From: Neophaeotheca triangularis
Taxonomy: Eukaryota
NCBI GenBank assembly: GCA_054600435.1
Contig: BAAIJX010000019.1
Coordinates: 124,001-188,000 of the forward strand
Reading direction: 5' to 3'
DNA: 64,000 nucleotides
The notes below the pieces were generated by a model, which saw nothing but the letters and a program-made list of their open reading frames with translations, was not told where the DNA came from and made no database searches. This document shows positions 22,851-35,509 of the stretch, one piece after another (the stretch's first letter is position 1; the number at the start of each line of letters is the position of its first letter). The position numbers were made by a program, and so were the translations under genes.

Positions 22851-23275
22851 GATGATAGGGCGGGTGGAGGGGCGGTGGATGGTGATAGGGAAGGGAGGAT
22901 GATCAGCTTGAGCTTGAGTGTGAAGGAGAAGAACAAAGGAAGAGTCAAGATTGATTACACATGGCTAAGGTAGGTAAGGTATCTATCAACTCCCCTAACC
23001 GCCACCTCGATCTGGACTCGATGTGTCGTCGAATGTTCCATGATGCATCCCGAGGTACAACCCGGCCGATCCTCGGCCTCTGTTTCCCCAGACTCTGAGC
23101 TCCATCAACTCCACATCCAGAAGCGGTAATGTATTCCCTTCCCTACACAAGCCGGACGACTTTACACACACGTGATAAAAACATACCTTTGTAGGTAGGT
23201 AAGTAGGTAAGCTACATCCATAGTTATCAGGCGGCCAACCCGAGTACTACCCAAAGCGGTCATCTAGATCCAACA

Positions 23276-23895
23276 TCAACCCAACTTCTTCCTAGGAGCA
23301 GTGCCCCCTTTCACGCGCTGTCCCGAATCCAACCCATGCTGAAAAACACCCCCTTTGCTCTCCTCAGCCACTCTGCGAACTTCATGGACGCCTCCCAAGA
23401 TCACAGCGATGCGTACTATCTCAGCATTCACGTTCGCAAAGTGCACCCTTGCGGTTTCAATCTCGCCATCTTTGAGCTCGACAACCAGAGCATCATCCTC
23501 GATCCTTGAGCGCTCGTCGAGGACGACGAAGAGTATCGGGCTGAGGGTCGTGGTTTCGAGATGGTCGGCGTGGGATTGAAATTCGAGGGCGATGTCTTTG
23601 ATCGGGCGGTTGACGAATTCGTTTTGTCGTGGTGTTCCGCTTTTTGATATAAGTGAGTTTGTGGCTTCCAACTGTCGTCCGGTTTTGAGTTCGGACCAGC
23701 AGTTGACGAGGAAGAGGCTTGGTTGGCAATCTATTTCTTTGCTGTAGGCGTAGGTTGTGTTGAAGAAGGAGGTCAGGCGCTGTTGGAGAGTTGGCTAGTG
23801 TATAGGATGTGGACTTCTAGTTTATTATCTACCTCGGCGCTCATTGTGTTTGCAGTGCACATGACTGCGTAGAGGTCGGCGTCTATTTGAGGCAT
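23276..23895 (-). CDS. Hypothetical protein (2 exons)
   Basis: ATG at 23895; intron 23780-23832 joins in frame to ORF 23276-23671 (FVVLDERS...). Confidence 0.55.
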
Positions 23896-24284
23896 AACTG
23901 GCAATACTGCTTTCAGCGGAATAACATGGCGATTTCGTATGCTTCAACTGCTGGCCGTCCGACTAGTACGCGAGTTGCTGCGACGACAATGCCAGCTTTT
24001 GGGTCCTGGGTCTTACGTAATGATGCATAACTCGAGACGGGAGCTCGTTCTCGAGCGTTGCCAGATATAAATGGTTTTCTGTCAGGCACAGGCCGAAATG
24101 TAAAAGAATCACAAGAAAAACGCCATGCTAGATGCTGTATCGTGCGCACTGTCGGTCGTAGCAGTATCGTCGTAACGGCAGCCCATCGCGCAAATTACGC
24201 CGCAGCGCAACTACTGTCTATTGCTCCGTCACCAGTTCCAGGAGAGGTCGTTTCATCATCTACATCCCCTATTTCGCCACCCAC

Positions 24285-27200
24285 TTAGCTGTCATTCGCT
24301 AACCCGGCTCTCCATTTGTCCAACACGGTGGCAACGTCCTTGACTTGCGCCGGTTTAGTAATGTATTCGTCGACTCCCGCAACGAAAGCGGCGTGGCGGT
24401 CTTTGCTGCTGACGAGACCGGTGAGAGCTACGACGTGCAAACGTTGTGACAGATTTGAAGGAGGATGGTGTGATTCGCGATTTCGGATGGTAGAAGTGGC
24501 TTCGAAACCTATAGGTAGGGGTTGTGTTAGTGGGTGAGAGGGACGAGGCTAGTGGTTTTGGGCGGAAGGAAAGCTGCTTACCGTCGATTTCCGGCATCGA
24601 GAGGTCCATGAAGCAAATGTCGAAGGGGTGTTCGGAAGTCACGGCTTCTTCGTGAGCGGCTATGGCTTCACGACCACCGCTTGCAGTGATTGGCTCGTTG
24701 ATGCCGCATTTTTTAACGTACATGCGGAGGAGTTTGACGTTGATGGCGTTGTCATCAACAAGCAGGAGACGTGGTTCTCTGGATGGTGTGATAGACGGGG
24801 TGGGATTGGTGGCCTGCGACGATGAATGCGTTGATTCGCTGCTGGTGGAAGAGGTGGAAGTGGTGTGTCCTGCATCGGTATTGTTGTCGTGAGCCTCAGT
24901 AGCACCGGAGGAAACGTCTGTGGTATCGGAGCTTGCGTCCTCAACGGTGAGGGCCGCGGTGCTTTTGGTAAGGGTGTTGGAGTCGTCTATGACGCTGAAG
25001 ATCATGTGTAGGGCGTTTGAAAGTTTGGTAGGTACGAGCGGCCCTAAAATCTCCACCACGGGCCCTTCACCGACCGTGGAGTGCTTTTTGAGAGAGACTT
25101 GATTAGCGCTTGGTATGGACTCGGCGCCGATCAAGACCTTCTTCACATGCGCGTACCGCGCGTCGCAGCGCTGTTCGAACGTCTCGAGATCGCTACATCT
25201 GACAAAGAGTATGTCCGGAGTATCCAGTTCAGGCTCCCACATTTTCAGGTTTGTATAGGTCAATGCTTTTAGATTGCGTGTGAGGGACGCGAAGAGATTG
25301 TCAACCAGTCGCTCGCCCCTCAACCCGTAGATGCCGCTGGCCCAGACGGGAGGGATGAAAACTTGGGCTTGTAGCGGTGATGGTATGTGGCTCTGCGGCG
25401 GAATCACGCGGGGCTTCTTTAGAAGCCGAGGCGAACTTGTCAAGCTGGCCAGGGGAAGGACGACCTGCGCCATGGTGCCGATAGTTTCGTTGGAATCAAT
25501 GCGTATATTTCCTTTTAACGTGTCAACAACTCTTTTTACGAGAGGAAGACCCAGCCCTGTTCCGTTGTCTATCTGGTCGACTTGGGAGAATGGGACATAG
25601 AGACGGTTCTGTAGAAAATCTTTCGGAATGCCTCTGCCGCAGTCGGTTATTGCAACAGTGAGATTGCAGTCCTCAACGGTAACATTGACCCTCAAGCAGC
25701 AGTCAATTCCACTGTATTTGACGGCGTTTGTCTACGGTACGTCAGCGAATGTTGGCTCGCAGAAGATTGCTTTCTTCGATACTTACCAGTAGGTTTTCCA
25801 GGACAATACTGAATGCCTTGTTTGTGGTCAGATGGACTCTGTCTTCTTCGATGTTGGCGTCAAATGTGAAAACAATGGGATGACTATTGGCCTTAGTTCC
25901 ATCCGGCTCAGTAGTGGCGGCAGCGAGGCTGATGGTTTTCGTTCTTTCAACCGCCCTGCCAATGATCTTTTCACAAAGTTTCAACAGATCGGTTTCATCT
26001 TCGACATCAGTGGCGCTGTCGGGCGCGGTAATGCCAAGTGTGTCCAATCGGGACGGAGTGCCAACAGCCTTTAAACCATGAGCCGTGGCATTGATTTCGG
26101 TAAACTGCAGGATCTTGTCGATGTTATCCAGCAACTCGTTGCCACCAGTCCGTGCGCTTCGAATCAGGTCAGATTGCTCACGAGAGCATTTCGTACCCGT
26201 AAGGAGTTCGAGACTGCCTAGCACACCATGCAAAGGCGAGCGCATCTCATGGGAGACAGATCCCAAGAAGTCCACTTTCATGCGATCCAGTACATGCGAC
26301 TCAATGCGGCGTACCTGCGCCGCCACGGATGTGCAAAAGGCGGATAGCTGAGCAAGGTCGGCCTTGCTGGTGTACACTCGATAAAAGCTTGTGGACCACC
26401 CGAAGGCAGCTGCGGACGTGCGATTATGAAGCGAGTCCCATAATGGCATGAACATGACCTGCTTGGCGTCCGGGAACGACTGGCGGAGGGCATCACTAAC
26501 ATTCCGGTCCAGCAAGTTGGAGTTTCCGCCGGCGGCCGTCATGAATATAGCCTCTTCAGCACCATCGGACAAGTGAAAAGCAGCCCCGTGCGGGTATTGA
26601 GAGCTAAGCTGTTGAAGTGTGCTTTCTGGCACCTCGCACTGGCGCACAGAGGCTGTATTAAGCTTCTGCGCTAGCACACGATGTCCACTATTTCCCGGGA
26701 AGTTGATATCGCTTGCGGTGAGAATCTCTTGAAAGCGGCAACCGTCTAATTCGAACGCATTGAAAAGCAGCTCGGCGGCTTGGCGGTATATCTCCAGGAC
26801 ATAAGGCGTATGGTGGCCATTGTCGGTATTGGCGCTACGATCGCGCGGACCGAGGTTCGTGTCGAATTTATGCATGGAGTAAGTTGCAACTTCGAGGAGC
26901 GAGGCCACAGCGGAGTTAAACATGCTTGCCCTTGAGCCCTCGAGCGCTCTTTCTGCTTGCTCGAGCTGCCTCATGATGTTCTCGCTCGTGTCACACAAGA
27001 ATCTTCTTCGTTTCTGTAGCAAGCCGGGTGACGCATGTCTAGAGAACGTGAACACAGTGCCGATTACAAGGCCATCTGCACTGCAGATCGGGGAGCCAGC
27101 GTAGTGGCGGAAATCGGCGACCGTTCCGTTCACGAAGGGCAAGTTCCTCGTTTGGTCGTTCTCGGTCATATCGAGCTCTTCGTAGATGGCTGGCAAGTCT

Positions 27201-27670
27201 CGCATGGTAACAGTTCGCTCGCACAAACCACCATGGTGAAGCACAAAGTCGCATCCGTACCATCTCGTAGACTCCAGAGTCACCTTTGCCGTGGAGAGGC
27301 CATCCCGAGATGCGCCGGCCAGAAAGTACTGCGTCTTGTCGTCAAGGAGCGAGATCATGGCCAGATCCGCGTCCAGCTCGTAGATGAGGCAGCGCAAGAG
27401 CGCCGTGAGCGCGGCATCTGTCTGTAGGGCGGAATCAGAGTCGGGAGAGGCGTGGCTGTCACGGCCTCCCGAGCAATCGCTTCCACGCTCATACTGCGCG
27501 AGAGCCGGCTTGAGCTGACAGTACTTGCGAACTTCCCAAATGCGAGCCCGGTGCTCGATACTGGCAACGACTTGGCTGGAGAGGCTGCTGTCGACCTGCC
27601 GACAGGACCGGGGAGGCGCATCCCATTCACTCGAGGAAAGCGCCGGCGCCTCCGCCACCGCCTCCGCCAT
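24285..27670 (-). CDS. Hybrid histidine kinase (GAF-HisKA-HATPase-receiver)
   Basis: GAF-like RHYAGSPI; H-box FLGSVSHEMRSPLHGV; G-boxes DCGRGI and GTGLGL; receiver LLVDDNAIN...FMDLSMP...YITKP; introns near 25.74-25.79 kb and 24.51-24.58 kb. Confidence 0.9.
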
Positions 27671-28331
27671 AAAGGAGTGACAACGGTGCGGTATAGCTGA
27701 GAGCGACCTGAGCCAGGTCTATAGCGATTGAAAGCGTACCAAGGCAGAGCAGATCATTCAAGTACAATCAGGTGCAGCTTGATGGGTTTGATTAGGGACG
27801 GTCAGCCACATCTACACGGTACGTACCGCCATTTTCAAATCCAAATCCCCGAGGCCCCGCGGACACTTTGGTCTTTCGCAAACATACCTCCTTGCCTACC
27901 TACCTCCTAGGTCAAGCACGTTTATCTCACTTACAACTTACTGTGTACGTGTGGGTACCCGTCTGGGAGGGAAACTTGCACGTGGGGAGAAATAACTAAA
28001 ACGATCAAAGCTCCCCCCTCGCGCAACTACGACTTTGCAAAGAAGTCTAGCGTGTAGTTTCTGGCAATTGCCGCATTGTCTACTAACAAGGGGTAAGCAT
28101 CAGGCACAAGCCCTGCGTTCACGCGAAGTGTTGGAAATATTCAATTAAGCAAAGAAATTTTCAACGTCCATCGACGTGAGTCGTTGCTTGCAGGTGGTGA
28201 AGATGTTGCTTATCAAAGCCAACCACCCGCAGCTTGCCAAACGGCTCTACTATTGTTGCGCGCTCCTCCTGCGTGCTAACCACAGAACAAAGAGCGGCTA
28301 TAGAGCACTATCCACTTATCCCGAACTGCTT

Positions 28332-29645
28332 TCACCTCCACCTCTTCACCTGCGAAGCATCCTCAAAATCTTTTCCCTCCCTCTCCCTTTCAATCCTCTT
28401 GTCAAAATCCCTCTGTGCCTCGCCTCTCGCAAGCTGCTTTTCTTCGTCACTTTCCGAGAAGCTGAAGGCATCGCTGACAGTCGAGCCTGCCCGCTGCTCG
28501 GACTGTGGCGGTTTCCAAGACCCTCGAGTGGAAGGAGTCGTTCCTTGTCGAGGGCTAGCGGTGTTGGAATCAGACTGCGCTTGCGAGGCTGCGTTGGCGC
28601 GGATCCGTGCCCAAGAGCTTGTGGGTTGAGCTGCATTCTGGGATTGCTGCGTGTCCGGCTTGTTCAAGTCGAAAGTTTCTTCTGTGTTTGCAGTTCGATT
28701 TTCGCGGGCGCTTGGTTTTCGTTGGGTGTCTCTTTGCCTTGACTGCGAGTCGCTCATCACTTCTGTATCCATGGAATGTCCAGCCTGTGAGACATTGTCG
28801 CCCTGCCGTATTTCCTTGTAAGCGTCCGCCATGTTATAGCCCCCACTCGGAGACATATCATCCCCTTGTGCCTGCATCTCTTTCACTCCTCTTCTCTGCC
28901 TCGCCATCTCATAAGTCTCTTGCCCAGCAGAGATCCCAGCACTGACTCCATCCCTCCCCTTCGCCTCTCCCTTCGCCAACGCCTTTGCCCTTTCCTGGCC
29001 CACTTCTTGCACCTTGTTCTTCATGATCTCATTACACTCCTTCAACCTCGGATCCATACTTCTGCCCGCCAAAGCCGTAGTAAGCGCATAACTCCCAAGG
29101 AAAATCGAGCCCATCGTCATTCCGCCAAAAGCGTACAAGCTCGTGCGCAGGAAATGCCAAGTCACTCGTGCCGCCTCTCCCCTCAACATGAAGAACTTAT
29201 CAGGGCTCAGCTTCCCTCCTCCTTCTTTCGGGAAAGGACTCCAGAACGGGAACCGGTACGTCGCTCGGGTGCGATAGCTCATGGCCAACCCGAGGACGAG
29301 ACCGATGGGCTCACCGAACGACCCTATTCTCAAGCTCTTCGCATAGTGGTAAGCGAAAGCTTCGGCCTCTTCCTGCCGTAAAGGGCGTTGCATCAGGTTG
29401 GCGGCGAAATTGCATTGTTGCGTTACGCCTTCGACCAAGGCGGGAGGATGAGGGCGGGTGCCGAACAAGGAGAAGCGCGTTGGGAGCTTGGTGCCGTCGA
29501 TTGTGAAGCTCTGGCCTATGTTGAGTCGAGAACCGTCGGTGCTGGTAGGGGTTGCGGTGTTAGTACTGTAAGGGTCGGTGTCGGAGCTAGGTGGGGGCTC
29601 GGAGGCGAAGGAGTCGCTCGAATCGGTCGCGTTTTCGAGGACCAT
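28332..29645 (-). CDS. Hypothetical membrane protein (437 aa)
   Basis: Uninterrupted ORF; two hydrophobic segments around RFPFWSP; polar C-terminus ending AQRDFDKRIERERE. Confidence 0.7.
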   Translation of the reverse strand: MVLENATDSSDSFASEPPPSSDTDPYSTNTATPTSTDGSRLNIGQSFTIDGTKLPTRFSLFGTRPHPPALVEGVTQQCNFAANLMQRPLRQEEAEAFAYHYAKSLRIGSFGEPIGLVLGLAMSYRTRATYRFPFWSPFPKEGGGKLSPDKFFMLRGEAARVTWHFLRTSLYAFGGMTMGSIFLGSYALTTALAGRSMDPRLKECNEIMKNKVQEVGQERAKALAKGEAKGRDGVSAGISAGQETYEMARQRRGVKEMQAQGDDMSPSGGYNMADAYKEIRQGDNVSQAGHSMDTEVMSDSQSRQRDTQRKPSARENRTANTEETFDLNKPDTQQSQNAAQPTSSWARIRANAASQAQSDSNTASPRQGTTPSTRGSWKPPQSEQRAGSTVSDAFSFSESDEEKQLARGEAQRDFDKRIEREREGKDFEDASQVKRWR

Positions 29646-30337
29646 TGTCGGGTGGATTTTGCTTTGATAGAATCTTCGCAGGGGAAGAGTTGCTCGAAGA
29701 GTAGAGTCTCTGAGCTTGGAGGTGGTTTTGTCTCTCTGTAGGTGTCACTGATACTTATGGTCTAGAGAGACGCGATTGTGGGGAAAGCTCGAGATGTTCC
29801 TGCGGCATGGTTGATGTCATGCGACATGCCGAACCTTCGGAACTGTGTTCAGACTTCACCTCATGCTTTTCAAACAGACTGTTCTCACACACAAGTGCTC
29901 GGGAAGACCAATCTTCCATATCATGGGAAGCTGCTCATTTTGGAGATGGTATAATGGCTTCCCCCGGCTTCCATCATAGAATAGAAGGTGACAAAACGCA
30001 GAGAAAGTAGAAATAGGATACGCGGTCGCATATCACTCTGGAGACAAAGCTACCATAATACTGGTGAGGCTGAGAAAACGCTGGGAAAAATCCTTTCTCT
30101 GAGGCCCCAAGGAAACATTTCTCGTTCTCTACACTCCCTGTTGATGAGCATCTAGCTCGAGGCATCGTGCTCAGAGACCTTGATCCCTCAGATTCGAACC
30201 AACACCTTCCCATGCCTCGTCGAAGTCTGAAAGCATGCACACTCGATCCCGCTACCCTATCTGCTGAATTCCCGCGTCTGCTGATGTCTGTGGCTTTGTG
30301 AATAGCAGGGTATACTGGCTGGAACTGTGAGGTCTCC

Positions 30338-31576
30338 CTAGGTCCGTTCAGTAGCCCTCCGGCCGCGCTCGAACTTGAGCGTCGGTGCGTCCTCCAGTAT
30401 TGCGGAGAGATCTTTCATGCCCAGAAAGCAGTCGTCGAGCTCCTCTTTACTTTGCGTGACGGGTCTTTTCTTCCTCGTGACCTTGACGATCTTCACCGGT
30501 TCTTCTTCCGTAACTTCCTCTGTGCGAATTTTCACGCGTTTCACCCCTGTCCATCGTTTGCGCCACTTGATGGGCATATCGGGGTTCAGCCATCTCTCCT
30601 TATACGCTTTGGCTTCGGCCACAAGCTTCTCGTATCCTTTCTTGTTCTCTTCAATTATATTGGGTCCTCCGACACCTTTGCTGAGCTTGACCCTGTTGGG
30701 GACTCTGCTGCCATCTGGACAATGAAGAATGGGAGTACCATCAATCTCGCGGGGTGGCGTCGACTCCAGTGGAATGTACAATGGGGTCCCCAGCTCGAGG
30801 AGCGGTATCACGAAGAAGGCCTCATACTTGAGCCCAGCTATGACCGACCAACGGATAAAGGTTGACGTGTTGTGATAAAATGGATCATCAATAGAAATGA
30901 CCTTATAAATCGTGCCGACGTTGACGAAACGTAGCTTTCCAGCCATTCGGATCTGATCCCTGGTCAAGTTTGAGTAGGCCGAGCCTGGTTCCAACGCGTC
31001 TGTCGTTTGGGTATCCAACAGCCCTCCCCGAGCTTCCATGAAATCTTCGAGTCGGGTGCGAATCGTGATGACGACGGTAAAGTGCGAATACCACATGGAA
31101 AGAGCTTCGAAGCGTATTCTGTAGCAGACTCGAGTGAGAGCGGGCTCTTGCACTGGCGGGAGGGTCGGGAGCTTTAGTCCTTCCACGTAACGGGACAGCT
31201 TCGTCAGGGAAAAAGGTGTGCGCTCCAGAACGGATTGATCTGCCGCTGTTGAATGATCCTGCGCGCCCAAGTGCGAAGAAGATGCTTTGGCGTCCTTCTT
31301 TGTCTTATTGTGGTGGGCAAATGTGCCTTTCTCAGCGTCGTCTGGGGCGATGGACTTCTTCATGGTCTGATCTTTGACGGCGAGCATGTAGAAATGGTAG
31401 ATGCGGTTGCGTAGCTCTGGTGCCAGCTCGAGGAAGGGGAAGTGGTTGCGGCTCTTCTCTAGTCTCTTCAGTGTGGGAATCCGGGAGGCGGCAGACCGCG
31501 AGGTTCGCTCTTCGAACGCTTCGCCATCTGTCCACTGCACGTCACCTTCCCTCCGAACGGAGGTGCTTGCGGCCAT
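30338..31576 (-). CDS. Orphan family X member 1 (F-box/2EXR-like N-terminal motif)
   Basis: FPFLELAPELRNRIYHF and EPALTRVCYRIRFEALSMWY motifs. Confidence 0.7.
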   Translation of the reverse strand: MAASTSVRREGDVQWTDGEAFEERTSRSAASRIPTLKRLEKSRNHFPFLELAPELRNRIYHFYMLAVKDQTMKKSIAPDDAEKGTFAHHNKTKKDAKASSSHLGAQDHSTAADQSVLERTPFSLTKLSRYVEGLKLPTLPPVQEPALTRVCYRIRFEALSMWYSHFTVVITIRTRLEDFMEARGGLLDTQTTDALEPGSAYSNLTRDQIRMAGKLRFVNVGTIYKVISIDDPFYHNTSTFIRWSVIAGLKYEAFFVIPLLELGTPLYIPLESTPPREIDGTPILHCPDGSRVPNRVKLSKGVGGPNIIEENKKGYEKLVAEAKAYKERWLNPDMPIKWRKRWTGVKRVKIRTEEVTEEEPVKIVKVTRKKRPVTQSKEELDDCFLGMKDLSAILEDAPTLKFERGRRATERT

Positions 31577-31955
31577 GGTGTGAGCGAATGATGGCAGTGA
31601 GTTTGAGTGGGTTTTCGCGCAGTTGTGTAGGCCACAGCTCGTGGTCACTGGGAACGAATATCTAGACCAACGTGGTCCCTTCTTCTTGACCGGTGAAGGG
31701 AGATGTTGTCTTGCAAGACTGGAGTGTTGTCAAAGGAAGCGAGTTGTTAGCATGCCGCGTCTTGAAGCGCGCAAACTCCGGCTCCGGCACCTTGCTGCCT
31801 AAAACGCCTTTTCAATCGCCATCAAACACAATCATGTCCAGTCGCTTCTTGCAAAAAAAAAAGAAGAAAAGAGGGGGAGGATAGCGTGTGACGTACACAC
31901 ACAATTATGAATAGCATGTAATGACAGCAATTTGTGTGATCAAGAAGCCTAATGC

Positions 31956-31966
31956 GGACTTGAACC
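31956..31966 (-). promoter_or_regulatory. Pol III B box downstream of U6 copy 1
   Basis: GGTTCAAGTCC on the minus strand, 35 nt past the T8 terminator. Confidence 0.7.
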
Positions 31967-32001
31967 TGTGCTCTACGGCTTACAATAGGTTTGAAAAGGA
32001 C

Positions 32002-32105
32002 AAAAAAAAGTTTGGTAGCTCACTTTACTTGCATGTGTCATCCTTAGTGCAGGGGCCATGCTAATCTTCTCTGTATTGTTTCAAATTGACCATTTGCCCG
32101 AGGGC
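32002..32105 (-). ncRNA. U6: U6 snRNA copy 1 (variant A)
   Basis: GCCCTCGGGCAAATGGTCAATTTGAAACAATACAGAGAAGATTAGCATGGCCCCTGCACTAAGGATGACAC...T8; ACAGAGA box, AGC triad and ISL present. Confidence 0.97.
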
Positions 32106-32519
32106 GGATAGGTGTAGCGGTATAGCACATATCTACACTCCTTAATTAGCGCAGAGCCTATCGGCTGCGTATTCTTACAGGGCTGTACTGCACATAGCAC
32201 TAGATCGTTGCAATCCAGTATTGAAGGAACACCGTCGTCTCGAGGAAACATTCTCTTCGACCTGCAACATCGATCGGCTCTCGTTGAAAAGTTAGATGTG
32301 GGCATCTACGTTCATTGTTTCGATCAAAGCCACGTCGGCAACATTGACAAGACAGTACTTAGGCATGAACATTGGAAGAGAGTTGGTTGTCTTTGCTATG
32401 TAATACCAATGCTAGCTATGCTTCATCCATCCAATAAATGCATGTAGACCAGCTGGAAGGAGAACCTATGCATAGGTAGTGCAATCAAACACTTGTAGTA
32501 CTGCTTCCAAAGAATCGTA

Positions 32520-33606
32520 TCACGGTAAGACGCTGGCGTCGCGCGCCTGAGCATGTAGACAATACTCGCGGAGTCTTGGTGTGCAGTGTTTCCAATCCCT
32601 CACGCAATGCCTAAAACGCGCATCATTGCCTTGACATTTGACAAAAGCCTCATCTTCTTCAAGATCGTCCCCGTTTGCCGCTTTAGTGATCCCGTCTCTC
32701 AAAGAAACCCCTTCTCCGTTCACCGATCTGAAATCCTGGTCAGGCTTGCCCTGTGTCCTACCCTGCTCCTTTTCCACGTCTTCGCCAACCGCGATCTCGC
32801 ATCACTTGCTCTTGTTCTTGTTCAGCAGCCTCCGCCCTTTACATTCTGCCTTGATCAGTCTCCTGACTGATGGCTCAGCTTCAGCCTCGGCCTCTAGCTC
32901 TTGCAAAATCTTGGCTATGGCTCTAGTGAGGGCTTTGCCTTCGACACTGAGGGCAGGGAGCTCTGACGCTGGGTCCTGTATGGCATACCAGTTCTCACTG
33001 ATGCCTCCTCTCGCCCATCAGTGAGTATGGGGAACCTCAAGCTGAGTCCATAGCAGTGCAGTTTGATGAACTAGGGACAAGAGGATATGAAATGTTTTCT
33101 CTTGGCCTTCGAGTCCTTCTTGATAGTCCCCGTCCTCGAATCCAACCCTACAAGATGACGCGTGGAACTCGATAGATTTCACCATTGCTAGCTTCTCGAA
33201 GCTGATGGCTGGACAGAAAGACGTGGCTGTGAAACACAAATTTTTGAGACCTTGCTCGTCGGAAGGTGGCAGCACGTGGCAAGTCTCATATATAGGTGCA
33301 ATGTCTCTCCGATCATCGGCAAATACGATCTTGAAAGTTACGATCTTATCCTGATACCACATTGGCAGTGCCTCGTACCGCACTTTAACAGGTTCGTGTG
33401 ATGTTAGGCTCTGCTTGCTCGGCGTACCAAGGGTCCTGGTAAGGCGCCCATTCTGCTTCCCCGGCGTGTTGATCGAATGGAATCTTCATGCGATTGACGT
33501 CGATCAGATCATCCTTGGCCTTCGCCACATGATCCTCGAGGATGTGGCTACTTGTGTATCTGTTAGTGGAAGTCCATGAGAGGAAGTCTAGCGCATCTGT
33601 TGACAC
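32520..33606 (-). pseudogene. Orphan family X member 2, decayed
   Basis: EPNITRTC followed by stop/frameshift (about 33384-33387), then VRYEALPMWYQDKIV...FCPAISFEKL; further in-frame stops at 33018 and about 32803. Confidence 0.7.
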
Positions 33607-35509
33607 TCACCATCATTCAATAGAGAGGGCGCGGTCATGTCATGGCCTCGCTCGCAATGCGGTGCTGAAAAATCCAAGGGAGCTGGACGTGACAGCGTGG
33701 ATAACGCCATGGCGGCCGGAATTTTCTCGTCGATCCCCAGACCAGTTGCAGATGGCAAACGTAATGTGGTTTGATCTTGATCGCCAACCGACGAGGTGTC
33801 GTCTGTGAGGTGAAGTGTTGCGGTTCAAGAAGTCGAAGATGTGTCGAGGCGCAAAGTTTGCAAGCTAGGCTGCGCGTCGACGTTAGCGTATGTGGTACTC
33901 ATTCACTTTGGGGTCTTGACAAACTATTCATGAGACCTTCTACTTCATGATTTATGAGCTATTTCTTCCATCTTATAGCAATGGATCCAACCTGAAACAA
34001 GGTGAGTCTTAACCAAGCGAGTTACAGTGAAGCAAACAAGTGATACAGTTGGATTCTGGAGAGCCTGGTATTTGTTCAGTAGCAACGTGTCTCGTATCGT
34101 TTTCGTAGCAGACCTTGCTTCCTCCATATCGATATAGCCTCCCGTGCTGCTCGCGCTGCCTGCCTGTCTACAATGCTGCTGCCCTTACGGAATAAAAGCC
34201 TCTCTCGAGCTATCCTGTCGAGTTTTAGGTCTCCAATGTTTCATACATGCTTTTAACCTTCGGCTCGAGAGCGTCTGTCTTCCTGTTGGCTCAGGTGGAT
34301 GTTGTACCTCCGTCTAGCGTGCGGGCAGTCTCTGGGTTGCGGGGGGCTTGATCTTACTAGGACCGTTTTTCGAGGGTTGGTGCACAGCGTATTCCAGCGG
34401 AAGGTTGTCTTGCTCATTCGTTCCTGGACGGATAGTAAGCGCTGTTCACGAGCCGAGCACTTGTAAAGGGCACTACGAGCATCAAAATATATCTCACTGC
34501 TAAGAGGGAGAGGGTATACAAGCCAGCAACATAACAGTAGAGGTGCTCGAGTAAACTTTGGGGAATATGGGTGCTAATACGAGAGCTCGACGAAAATACA
34601 GCTTTCGATTTGTTGCTGTCGAGGCTTCACAGGTAGACTGGAGGGACATTTGGGTCAAGTAGTTGGTGGGTGGAATAGCATGACTAGAGAAAGTAGCACA
34701 AATACATCGCTTCGGACTACACTATGTAACAACCCTTCATCCTAAACGGGCCCCAAGAGCAAGAAAGGGTACGTGCTGAACTTTTTTTAATGGTATTTAT
34801 GCCACGACACCCTTGAACCCATCAACGTGACCGTGAAACGCGGACCCTTCCTCGTGACTCGGTATAAAACAGGTGTCCATCAAAGATAAAAGAAATTCGA
34901 AATCCCTCTGAAGATATCGTGCGGCAGCTCATAACTGCCTCAGCCCCAGCGTTCTGTCGCGAGGCCACGATTTTGCCATCTCGAAGAGATAGAGCAGCCT
35001 GGAATATCTCTTTGTTCCACGGAGCGCGTGCAATTGATAAAGAAATGATAGGTGCCTTCTGAGCGCACTGTCGACAAGGTCTATGCGTTCGTTGTTTGAG
35101 ACGAAGAAAATTCTGGAAGCCCATGCAAGCCCGGCGGCCTGAGGGAGTGTGCGCGGTCGCTGACGAGAAAGGTCGCCTCGTTCGTTTATCTGAAAGCAGA
35201 AAAGGAAACGCCGAAATTGTCGGTGAAGTACAGCGATCGATGAGTCGTGCAATTTGGCTGCTGACTCGTCGCATGGAGAGTGTCGACAAAGTATGGAATC
35301 CTTATCTCGCTGACTAGGATGATCGGACAACAAGAGTCTGGCATCGCGCTGTCCCGAGAGTGACAAATTCGCGTCGACGCTGACCCGAAGCAAATGCAAA
35401 ACAGCTGGAGGTAATGTCGATCGCCAGTCTCAACGTCGGATTTTCCCAGGGCGACAACTTTGTTGCCTCGATCGGGTTAAGAGACTGCTGCGAGGATCAC
35501 GCTGACGTC